Source of the DNA: Pavona decussata
Taxonomy: Eukaryota
Length of the DNA: 64,000 nucleotides
Direction of reading: 5' to 3'
Assembly: GCA_977016875.1 (NCBI GenBank)
Contig: CDRNST010000008.1
Location: forward strand, 1,736,001 to 1,800,000
Position numbers and translations under genes: made by a program
Notes under the pieces: generated by a model
Seen by the model: the letters and a program-made list of their open reading frames with translations, nothing else
What the model was told of the DNA's origin: nothing
Databases searched by the model: none
In this document: positions 1 through 10,900 of the stretch, one piece after another
How the letters are laid out: every line of letters starts with the position of its first letter
Numbering within the stretch: the stretch's first letter is position 1

Positions 1-610
1 GCTTCTCTCTTGAGTCTGGGTCGAGGTTGAATGACTCTGTCTCGCTCTTCTGAATCTCTCTACGGATATCACGCTGTTGACTTGCTAAATCTTTTTCTAA
101 TCGTCTTCAATCCTTCGATAATTTGGACAATTTTCCAAGTACCATTATTTTTACTGCATCTAGGGTAAGTAATCTTCTGCTTTTATAATATTATTTACAT
201 TGTTAGTGTGATGAATTATTTATAACTTTCGCAAATGTTTTATGCATGAAGTGTGCTTGCGAGCAGCAGAGTAGCAAAGCCATTCGCGTGGCCTGATTGT
301 TGTGGTTAACACAACAACATAAATAAAAATCCCTAGTTCGAATGGTGACACAATGCGGTCAATTTACTGTTCTGACCTCGAAAAAAAAAAACTATGTTCT
401 TGACTTATTTGACCTTGAAAATTGCACACGCTAAGTTGACTCCAACTAAATCACGAAACCTTATTAGATTAAAATATGCAATATTTGAAAGCGAAGGAAA
501 GTGTATTTATCAGTATTCATTGTCTTTGTTTTTTGTTCGAGTTTGATTGTCAGCTATTAGTATTACATTATGTTATGGTAATGTTGAAAATTCCCTTCCG
601 TCCTTTTAGA

Positions 611-1739
611 GGGCAAGTAGGTGCACACTATGTCTTCTGGAGGCATTCAAACTAGGTCTCATCCTGGATTATGATCCAAGTGGTGAAAGAAATCGGTGCT
701 TTTACCAGTGTTTGGGGAAGCATTTAGGAGTTGATGAGATTAAAGATGTTATTGATGCATTGGAGAACTAAATGCTTTATAACAGGCTAGTTCCTGTGGA
801 AAATGAGGTAAGTATGTGTTTTATTTTGTACAGGATTAGGCCCTGGGCGGGGGGGGGGGGGGGGGGGAATCCCATATAAAAGCCACACGGGACGTGCTGC
901 CCTTCCGGGTAGAGTTTTTGGGCCTTTGGCTCGTAAACAGTGTAACAGATTCAAAACATTTTACATTTTATTACAAACAGGATCTAAAATTCCGCATAAA
1001 TTGGAGCAAAGACCTACCTTATAATCATATAAACAAGGTATATTTTCATTTTTTCTAGCACATTTTTAGGCATGAACAGGGTCATGAGCTTGGCGGCACC
1101 CTCTACCCAAACTTAGGTTGAGTGCCCCCCCCCCCCCCCTCCCTGGGATTTAAAAAACATTCCGGTTTATAAGTTTATTTTCTATTTTTCCAAAGTTTCA
1201 TTCTTTGGTCTCATACTGATAATAAAGTTCCGAAATAAGAGTACCAGGTACCATGGAGAACAAAGTAGCTGCAGCGCAGCTTTTTAAGTTTGCCTCCATG
1301 AGAAAAGAGAAACAATTACAAGGTTAAATGTGTTGTTACTAATGGACATTGACATGTAAGTCCAGAATGAAATAAAGAATCAGAATGGAAGTAGAAAAAT
1401 AGAATAAGATAGATTTCTTCTTGTAGTTTCCTTCAAATCCATCTATTTCTGGATTTGTACATTTTTCCTCCACTATGAAATCATGGGTTAAACTTTATTA
1501 TTATCAATATTATCGACTTGAAACCCTGTTTGTTGTCTGTTATAATGCAGGATGGTTCACTTGCATCAGAAGACCTGTTTGGTTTTCTTACCGATGGGGA
1601 CTTTCAGGCTCTAGGGAGATGACCCAACACATGGCATGACTGTGTTATTGCCCTTAGAGATGAGATGGCAAACCATGTTGTAATTTAATCTGCAGCCTCT
1701 CTCTTTGCACTGAATATCCACATCATTGATGCGATGGGT
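611..1739 (+). pseudogene. OTU-like deubiquitinase domain pseudogene, 2 exons (~611-807, 1551-1739)
   Basis: Manual translation: LILDYDPSGERNRCFYQCLGKHL (OTU Cys box, GDGNC-like), spliced in phase 0 (GAG|gtaagt, cag|GAT) to ...W...ANHVVI*SAASLFALNIHII (OTU variable-loop motif). Contains in-frame stops; His box not found. Confidence 0.65.
841..1147. mobile_element. Non-autonomous DNA transposon (MITE) with poly-G/poly-C termini
   Basis: CCCTGGG plus a G-run at the left end and a C-run plus CCCTGGG at the right end; lies in the OTU intron. A related right end is at ~35000-35184. Confidence 0.6.
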
Positions 1740-3173
1740 GTAAGTACCATGTTTTGCTATTTACCCTTAATTTTCGTGGGGGCAGGTTTCGTAGAGAAAC
1801 CGCCCCCCCTTTCCTAGGAGGGTTTTGCCATTAACTGAAATCCCTGGATCCACTCCAGATTTTCATAGCCATGTTTGCATTCATTTTGGGTCACTCAGGG
1901 GTTGAGGAAAACCCCCGAGCAAGCATTTGAAAACAGAAGGCTCTTCTGTTGCGATTCCAACACCCACCCACACACACACACCTGATACTACAATTGTGGT
2001 CAATCTGTTAAGCAAATTGACTGCAATTGATTGAATTTATTAAGTCAGCAAAATCAATGATAATTTTTGTAAGAATTTTTTACCCCATGACAATATCATA
2101 CATTGAGGACGTCCTCCGTGTAGAACGTGACTGGCAGTTAAGATAAGCCTCTTGTGAGTATTGCGCATGACCATTCTTTGCTAGAACCGCGTTTAATTTC
2201 TGAATAGAACGCCATGTAATGATTTGGGCGTCGTGAGTGGAACATGAGTAGACTTTACCTGAATTTTTCATAAAATTGCACTTTCCTTTGCCGATTTTTG
2301 TCACTTTTGTCATTCAGAACATATCTTCTTACTTTTGGTACGCCTCTTTTTTTTCCACAGGTGCTAAGAAGTGAGAAAAGGCTAACATCGTCATCACTCT
2401 GTTCAATGGCCTCGTGCGTATCCAGGTTGTCAGAGTAAGGATTTTCCTTCACATGTTTTTCATATTTTTTCACACTTGTTTCAGGGTAATGATAACGTAC
2501 TTGACAGAATCGACAACTGAGTGTATTTTAATGTTTTCAGGGACTGAAATTCCAGAATTCAGGGGGAATTTCATTTGTGTTCGATTCTCAAACATGACCT
2601 AAACAGTTCAAAAACGTGAAGTTTGAGTGACATCGAAAAAAAAGGTTTACGAGCATCATTGCCGGTAAGGAGCAACTTTTATGTCACCAAAACTTTCTGA
2701 AAGCTTTTGCATGGTTTCCCGAAAGTTTTTACCTTACTGTTTTTAAACCGTGTCAGCATAACTTACAGTCTTCAATTGCCAATTTGCCCTCAGTTCCATT
2801 CTAACCATTTTGCTTGTGGTTATCATAAATTTGTAATTCACCTGCCCTTCACTGACTATGGATTATCCTTTACTTTAACTGGCTGTATTTCTACTCAGAA
2901 CAATTTTTGTTCAAAACTTTGTTTACTTTAAAAATTGACCACCATGCTGTCTGAGAAAAAATTGATTTCTTTCATGTTTCATAGATAGGTCCAGCTCTTA
3001 GTCTTTATAGTTTTGATCAGAAATGAGCAAATAAGTGAGAAATAAATTAGGATCAATTCATGTGAAAAAAAAATTATGGAAATGTAGAGAAATTTACACA
3101 TCAACCAACTCTGAGACTCTCTTTAACGTAACGGTTGGTATTGAACAAGCTGGTTTTCAGTGGCAGTGAATAC

Positions 3174-3335
3174 ATGTTGTAAGTTAAAATGAATCCAGGT
3201 TAAAATGATTTCAACCTAAATTGATTTGTATTTTTCTTTGTTAAGGTTGGGTAATTTACATCTAAAACAAAGGAAAATAAAAATCAACCTAGGTTGAAAT
3301 CAATTTAGCCTGGGATTCATTTTAACCTACAACAT
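3174..3335. mobile_element. Hairpin MITE (~160 bp)
   Basis: ATGTTGTAAGTTAAAATGAATCCAGG... is matched by its reverse complement ...CCTGGGATTCATTTTAACCTACAACAT over >50 bp. Confidence 0.75.
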
Positions 3336-3358
3336 ACACACCTTTTGTTTTTCCACAG

Positions 3359-4443
3359 GCTCAACTTCCAGGAGTGCAAGTGTGGACTAAAGCAGCCTTC
3401 ACACTGCACACTAAAGTTGGCAAACTCGTGTTGGCGAACTTCAAAAAGTTGGCAAACTTGTGCCTTCACACGTCAAACTCACGTCAATTCACAACATGCT
3501 AAATATGCAACATGGCCAACGTAGTGCAGTGGCACTCACGAAGAGTTGCCGCTTGTGTCTTGGTCCTATTGTATGTTAATCGCCAAAGAAGAAACAGAAA
3601 GCGCTAGCAACTGATAATAGGTTTGGACGAAACCTTATATCAGTAGAAATCCCACCCTTGGAGCGTACAACACGCTCTTCCAAGAGCTTCGTGCCTTTTA
3701 ACCCCTAGCTCTTCCATTTTCGTCCAACAGATGTGGACAGTTTTGAACTTCCTCGATGAATTGAAAAGTTGCACGTTCGTCTTCACATCTGTTCGCCATT
3801 TTGTGAAGTGTCATGCAAATCACTGAATAGAGCCCGTGTTTTGATTGGTTGACAGTCACCAACACATGTTTGCCAACTGTCACACCTCAAATACGAGTTT
3901 ACCAACACGAAAAAGTTGGCGAAAATAGAGGCAAGCTCTATTTGTCGCCAACAGTTTACCAACTTGTTTGCCGACTGTTTTTGTGCCGTTCACACACACC
4001 AACTTGAGTTTGCCAACTTTAGTTTGCCGTGTGAAGGCCGCTTAAACATCATGATCTCCTTTTATGTAGAAAAGTTTTATCAGTCAATCCATACTCGGCC
4101 AAAAAAAATTCCAATGAACGAGGAAGGCTGTGGGAAAGAATCAGTGCCAACTTGAACAGTACATCAGATGTCTACTTTTCTGTCATAAAACGATCAGTGC
4201 GTGACCACATTGCATTTTTGATAAAAAAGATACAAAAAGAAAATGAAAGATGAAGAAAAAGCCAGTGGAATAAACCCTGAACCCACAGAGCTTGACCAAG
4301 CACTAGCAGATATAATTGAGATGGAAGAAGCTGCAGAAACTGAACATCAAGATGATGATGGGAGAAGGAAAGAAAAAGATGAGGCTGACAAGCATAAGGC
4401 AGAAAGTATGAGAAAAATGGCTATGGAGAAGTAAGGAGAAACG
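3359..4443 (+). pseudogene. Harbinger accessory Myb/SANT-like DNA-binding protein (interrupted by an insertion, 3' deleted)
   Basis: After removing 3391-4045 it reads QVWTKHHDLLLCRKVLSVNPYSAKKNSNERGRLWERISANLN...RSVRDH...EEKASGINPEPTELDQALADI; convergent with a Harbinger transposase. Confidence 0.8.
3391..4042. mobile_element. Internally deleted PIF/Harbinger element
   Basis: ~45-bp TIRs (AGCAGCCTTCACAC.../...GTGTGAAGGCCGCT) and TAA TSD at 3388-3390 and 4043-4045. Keeps a 5' transposase stub (+, VWTKPYISRNPTLGAYNTLFQELR) and a 5' MADF-like stub (-, FIEEVQNCPHL). Confidence 0.9.
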
Positions 4444-4455
4444 TCTCCATAGCCA

Positions 4456-6068
4456 CATCCCTAAACAACCATTCCACTGAGGTTCGCACTCTGCTCATTG
4501 CGGCGTTAAAGTTTTGCATCTGGGGGGTCAAGATCCCATTTCTAAATGGTGCTTGAATGTGTATTCGTAATGGATAATCAGAATCCCCATAAATGCATAG
4601 TGGCTGGCCTGTTGGTGAGAGTGCATAGCGCTGAAGATCATTGTAGAGGCCAGAGTCCCGCAGCATCCCTGCATCATGTTTTGTGCCTCTGAAAAATACG
4701 AACAAAGAAACTCCAAAAACATTCGTCTACATTCATGATGTGCAATGAACCTCTTGAAAAATTTGAAAAAAAATTTATTACAGAATTTTCTAATGATAAA
4801 GAGAGTGTTACATACATAATGGAATGTAAGTTTTAACTTGGGAGAGAGGCTATCTGATTTTTAGATTTTTAAATTTTGGATGTAGCACTCCACCCTTTAG
4901 TAGGGCAAATGCTCCACATTAATTGTGTTTGCTTTACACACTTTGCTTAATTAATTGGAACGTTAAAGATCAAAGCCAGTGACTTGCATGGTTTGGGTTC
5001 AATGTAAATATTCAGATATAATTAAAAATATTTAGATTTAAAGTAACAAAAAGAAAACATATAACGAAATGAGCAAACACAGACAGTTTTCTATATATCA
5101 TGCAAACAAACAGGATATCAAATGGGGGCATGCGATTAGTGATCATGCAAGGATGTTCACTTGATGGTGGATCAAATGCCACAGCAGTTTAAAGAGCAAC
5201 AGTGGAAGAGAAGACAACAGATCATTAGTCCAGTTGGTGTGTAAAAAAGGTGTTTCGATTTTTCAGGGGGTATGACTCATTAGCTCCTGAATTTTTTTTG
5301 AATTCCATTTTTTCCCAAATTTTTAGCTGAGGACTATCCTCTCAAGCAGTCTCAAGGTAAGAAAAAAACTTAGCAAGTGAAAGCTATACTTAAAAAGAAA
5401 ACTTACCTACAGGACCATAAAGATTAGCAACTAATCCATTTGGCGTGACAACTGATTGAAATTATAAGGCATGAACCCTTTTATGGCCATCGCATACCAG
5501 TCTTTGATTGAGGTCTGGTCGACAAATTGGCCGAACTGTTCCATCTACAAAGCGGAAACAGTTGTCCAGTGCTGCTCCTCGGTTCGAGACAGCGTCAGCA
5601 TAGATCTCCAATGAATGGGCGTTCAGAACTGCGTGATTCCAATTAGTGATCCGGTGGCTGTGGTGCTCAAAGATAAAATCAACAACTTGATTGCTTATCA
5701 TTGAGATTTCAGGAACCGGTCTTCCGAAAGTGCTCATCAAATCGCTGTATCGACATGGGTATGCAAGTTGCTTTAGCAACATACATAATGCTTCGGTGCC
5801 TCTGCAAACTGTCCCCTGTTGGCATGTTATCTTTTCTGGCAATCCAAGGACATTCAGCAGAAGAGGAACATCATTCTTTTGGAAGCGGAATTCTGTGTTG
5901 CATTCAGCCATCTTTCTCTTGTAGGCAGAGTTTCTTGTAATCCCAGTACGGATATTCTGGATTTTTTGAAGTGTTTACGCTGTAAAGCAACAGAAAGTCG
6001 TCTTTCGTGATCGAACCCTCGCAAAAGGTCAACAGAAGCAGGTCTCGTGCGTTCCTAAAATTCAGCAT
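4456..6068 (-). pseudogene. PIF/Harbinger DDE transposase (HARBI1/DDE_Tnp_4-like), exons 6068-5407 and 4688-4456
   Basis: Motifs FVDGTVRPICRP, GHKRVHAL*FQSV..PNGL, HDAGML, YGDSDYP, MSRVRTSVEWLF; GT-AG intron; stops and frameshifts. TIR-like end ...AATCTTAAGGTCCCT at ~6237. Confidence 0.92.
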
Positions 6069-7279
6069 GATAGAAATATAAAACTTAAGAGCTTAATTCT
6101 CAGATGAATAGAAGTTTCATTGCTTACTTGGTACTTCTTAGTCAAAGTTCCTGCGTCTAGAATGTCGCGCTCTCCCCAGGCCCCTGTATGCCACGACATT
6201 GGATTTTAAGACGTCTTCCTTAAATCTTAAGGTCCCTATTAATATCAGACATAACATATATATCAATGCCCATTACCACATTTGGTTATTAGGGGGATTC
6301 TTCGATGGATGAACTTGTGGAATCAATGGGTGGCCTTAGTTCTGCTGAAGTAACGCCAGTAAAAAAGCCCAAAAGATGCAAAGAAGAAGTGAAATGGTCA
6401 AAGAACTTGTTTTCAGATAATGAGTAAGTAAATTATTCGCACAATCTTTCTCGGATTATTAACTTGTACCTCCAATGCATCAAATAATGGTGCAAACTTA
6501 TCACATGCTCTCAGATAGCTCTGCCTTACTCTACTGTTGAGTAATGAGCTACTTGACAATACAGTTGAACTTCTAGTAAGTGGCCCTCGATCTATTGAGC
6601 GGAAACCCTCTGTTTTGAGCAATCGTTTACATGTATTAAAGTCCCAATTGTAAATGAAACCCCCTTTTAATATGAGCGTCCCAATCACCCCAATTTCATT
6701 GTATTTCACCTCTTTCTATTAATCCTAGAATAGGCAAGCCTTTTTGCACTACATATACAGGCAAGGGAGGGGGCAGCGAACCCCTCCCCAAGATTTTCGT
6801 AATCAATAGCAATTAGAGCATGCCACTTGGCATGTAATTAGTACAACATCTAATTAGGTAACTGCCATCTTAGATTTTCGAAGTTTGACATTTTCTCTAA
6901 AATTGACAGATATTATTGGAAATCGATAAAAAACCAACATTTTATGCCATAAGAATGTTAAATTCTAAAAAGAAAATGAGATATTCACCATTTTCTACAA
7001 AAATTCTACAATTGTTTTTAGGAAAATCTAACTTCCGGAAGTTCTTGCGATGACATCATTATTGATAGCAACATCCCATTAAAGCAAAACATGCGGCACA
7101 TGTTTACAAAGAAGTTGTTGTCCAATAGCCCCCAGCTAGCAGATTTTGCTGTCGGGCTAGTGGATTTTACCCCCAACTTGCCCAAAGCAAATGAACGTTT
7201 TGGGGGAAATTTTTGTTAGGAAATTTGGTCAAGCTCAGTGGAAATTTGAACTTCTTTGTACGCTTTATCAAGGCATAAA

Positions 7280-8142
7280 ATAAAAATACTTAGGCGTACT
7301 GCTCGATGAAACAGTATCCTTCAGACATCATAGATCTTATGTTTGTACTACAATCTCAAGAAATAATGGTATTCTTGCTAAACTAAGACACTTTTTAACT
7401 CTTTCACAAATGAAACAACTTTATTACAGCATAATTTTTCCTTATATTTTATATGCTATCTTAGCATGGGAAAGTGCATATAAAACCCACGTAAACAAAG
7501 TACAAACTAAACAAAATCATTCCATTAGACTTATATTTTTTGAAAGAACTTTTGCCGAACAAACAGATGGTGCACTCCCCTCACTAAATTTATTAGATGT
7601 TCTTACAGTAAATAACATTTATAAATTTCAAGCCCTGAAATTAACGCATCTTTGGCATAAAGGCCTCCTACCAAACTTATTTCAAGACTTTTTCCAATAC
7701 GCTGGTAATGTACACGGATACAATACCAGATATGCATCTAGAAAAAAATTATATATATATCAAAAGTGCGAACCAATTCTGGAAAACAAACAATAACTTA
7801 TACAGCTGCAGTTCTCTGGGATAATCTCCCCACGCACCTTAAGGAACTCCATGTCTTCAACTTCTCAAAACAATTAAAACATTATTTACTGTCCAAACAA
7901 CATTGTCACAACTTGTAATCTTCTTTTAGCAGTCACAATTCCACACTAAACTATGCACACATCTCTTCTCTCAACTGATACATGTAATCTCTTAAATATT
8001 TACTGAAACGTTACAATAACTGGAGACTGACCTGAAAACTTACGGGTTATTTCAGTCTACAGACTCATATTGTACTTTTCTTCTTCTCCTCTTATAAAGT
8101 AAACTAATATGTAAGTGCAGAGTGAAATAAAGTTTATTATTA
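7280..8142 (+). mobile_element. 5'-truncated L2/Crack-clade LINE (RT C-terminus, 3' UTR, tail)
   Basis: KYLGVLLDE...HRSYVC..ISRNNGIL.KLRHFL...LYYSIIFPYILY...HGYNTR; ends in AATAAA plus (TTA)n. Confidence 0.85.
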
Positions 8143-8273
8143 TCATAGTTGTTGACGGAGGCGCTCGTACCTGGATGTAAATCAGTCTAGCTGTTTTCAT
8201 AATGATGCTTGTTTATTTTGGTGCTAATTGAAACATGCAGCTGTTAACTATTCAATCAATTTGTTTTTTCCAG

Positions 8274-10900
8274 GGATGACATCCTTATACAAAAGGGCAA
8301 CCGAATGTACGCCAATCAAGAAAACATTGACAAGCTGGAGGCTGTGCACGTCACAAAAGTACACCCAACTACCACTGGTACCATAAAGTATGAAGTCGAG
8401 TATAATGAAAAAGAGCCACTGTCAAATGTTAATGACAGATGGAACTGGGGTCGTTCCCAGCCATGCAAAAGAAGTGGATTTTGTAACGGAAAAAGGCGAA
8501 CCTTGCAAATATGCAATGGCTCGAAGGAATGTGGCAACCCGCAGTGTTCATTCCACAAGATCCACAAGACTCCTAACAAAGTTGACTTCACTAGGAGGAA
8601 GGCTTGCCTTCATTGCGAAAGCAAGCCCATTCACATTAATTGCACGGCAAGGAAACTCGTGGAGAATGATAGATGTCATAAGATGACGGTGATATACATT
8701 GGTGGTCACTCCTGTTCACCTCGGGTGCCAGAGGAAAAGCCAAAGAAGGAAGAGGCAGAATGCATCATCCGTGAAAGATGCACAATTACGACTGGCCAAA
8801 TTCAGATAGAAAAGGTGAGGCAGGCTTTGCTCGGCAAGAGCTGTGCAGAAGCTGTGGATGATGTTGCTTCAAAATACAGTCAACTCCCTCATAGCGACCA
8901 CTTCTCGTAAGCGACCACCTTCCGTAAGCGACCACTTCGTAAACAACCGTTTTGTTTCTCAGTAAAATACTGTTTCAAGAGCTCTCTTGTAAGCGACCAC
9001 CACTCAATTTCTAAAGAGACCGCGACCACTTTTTAGGCCAGAAACTATACATATTCTTTTGTTTTCTGTTTCCGGTAAGCAACCACCCAACATAATCACG
9101 TATGATCGTTAGTAAATCATTATTTAGAAGTGACAAAAGTTCAATTGTTAATGATGCTACCCCGGACTGCTGACAGATAATAACAGTTTACAGACAGAGA
9201 AGATGGCTATAATTAGATCTGTAGGTAAATGGGACAGATCTGTTCCTAAATGTTATACAAAGTTTCATCAGAAGAATGAATAAATGTGAAAAAATCAAAT
9301 AAATTAGTTTCTATTTGCCTAATTTAGCTGCTAAGGTAAAATTACGCTTATTTTGTTGATCTTTCCCGTAAGCGACCACCTCCCATAAGCGACCACTTTG
9401 TCGTGCACCAAGGGTGGTCGCTTACAAGAGAGTTGACTGTACAGTGACACAAGACACTTTCGATACCTTCGAGCCTCAGTGAATGACAAACGGAGACTAA
9501 ATGGGTCAGACATTAAGGCCATACGCTTGCTAAAAGAGGACTTTCAGAGGCAGGGATTGGATTCCAAGTTAATAATGGAAGTTGGCGAAGATTTCGTAAT
9601 TCTCTCAAGTGAACAAAAAATCCGAATTGCAGCACTGATAACAACAGGACAGATAAAGGAGCCTGTCAGTCTTGATGATTGTGAGTGTCACAGAACTTGA
9701 AATGACAACGTACAACTACCACGTGCTAAGACGAAATGTCAAGTTAGCAACAATCTTTGTACCAAAGTCTGGTGAAAATTCGGACAATGTCGAGAAACTT
9801 GTAAGAACTTTTGATGGAGCAGTGAACGTCATATTGCCATCCGTTGCGCAGGAATATGGCCTCGATCTGCATGAATTTGAGGGTCGAGGTGTGGATGCCC
9901 ATTCGTACTTGGGAGATGAGGGTGGAGGGTTATGGGGCGGACTTTGTAAAGCAAAAGGCAATGGCATTAAAAATAAGACTGTTTCTGATTTCTTCCATCT
10001 GAAACAGGACATTAACCGCCATAAGGTGTACTTTACCACTGACCGAGATAAAACGCAGTTACTGCTGTTCAAGCAGAGGATGCGGAGAAATCATTGGAGA
10101 AGTTAATTAACAACCGGTCCACCAACCTAATGAAAATGATGAATTTCAAGAACTGGTGGTGGTGGAGGCGAGCCCGTTGGCAAAAATGGTGCTGAAACTA
10201 CTCTTCGAGCTCAGCATCTTCTGCTGAGGTATCTAATGCAAAATCCATCAGTGCCTTGGGTTACCGAAAACGGTTGCTAGATGTGGTGACTACAGACTGT
10301 GCAGCAGCCGTTCTCGAGGCTGCTGAGGTCAAGCGCCAGACTCTTGGACAACGAACTACAGGAAAAGGGCCCAGTGCAGCAGATCGAACCAAAAAGGCGG
10401 ATCACCAGTTGTTCCTCGACCTTGATGCCTGTGCAACAGCTGTTCATCACGTTGCAGAATGTGCTGACATGACAGAAATGGAAGAGTTCCGTGCTGTAGA
10501 AACAGCACACGCTGCATTCTGGATCAATACCAGGGACACTCACAGATGTGACCGGAACAGAAAAGCTCGGAAAACGAAAAAAAAAAAAAAAACAAAAAAC
10601 AACTGAAACCACAGAATCTGTTAGCAAGAGCAACCTCCGGTATTTTTCCAAAAAGGTGCATAATGTACAAATGGATATGCATCCAAGCAGCATGTCCAAT
10701 TTCATTTTTAAGATGCTGGACACAATGGGATATGTGCAGAACGTCATCATATCTTAAGATTCCGTTGGCTGTGGTTCTCCCGCATGTCACAAAAGCTGCC
10801 ACCATGCAGTTTGGATTTTGCACAACGTGTTCAGATTTTCTTGAAATGAACAGTTGATCTATAAAAAAAATTGTCGAAGGGGGAATGGGAAAAAGTCCTG
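8274..10900 (+). pseudogene. MULE/Mutator-like transposase with N-terminal GCM/WRKY-like zinc finger and C-terminal SWIM-like finger
   Basis: W..S...R...C.GS..C.NP.C...C..C...C.A.K...TV.Y.G.HSC, then SLD, DEGGGLWGGL, SDFFH (C/DxxH), WWW...SSAEVSNA, then CGSPACHKSCHHAVW. Several frameshifts. Confidence 0.7.
8877..9439. mobile_element. Tc1/mariner/pogo-type MITE with TA TSD
   Basis: TA|CAGTCAACTC...GAGTTGACTG|TA with internal AAGCGACCAC repeats. Removing it restores the host frame (SKY|SDTRHFRYLRASVNDK). Confidence 0.92.

Noticed and set aside
6413-6709. 98-aa ORF
   Set aside because: No recognisable motif and no splice or start support.
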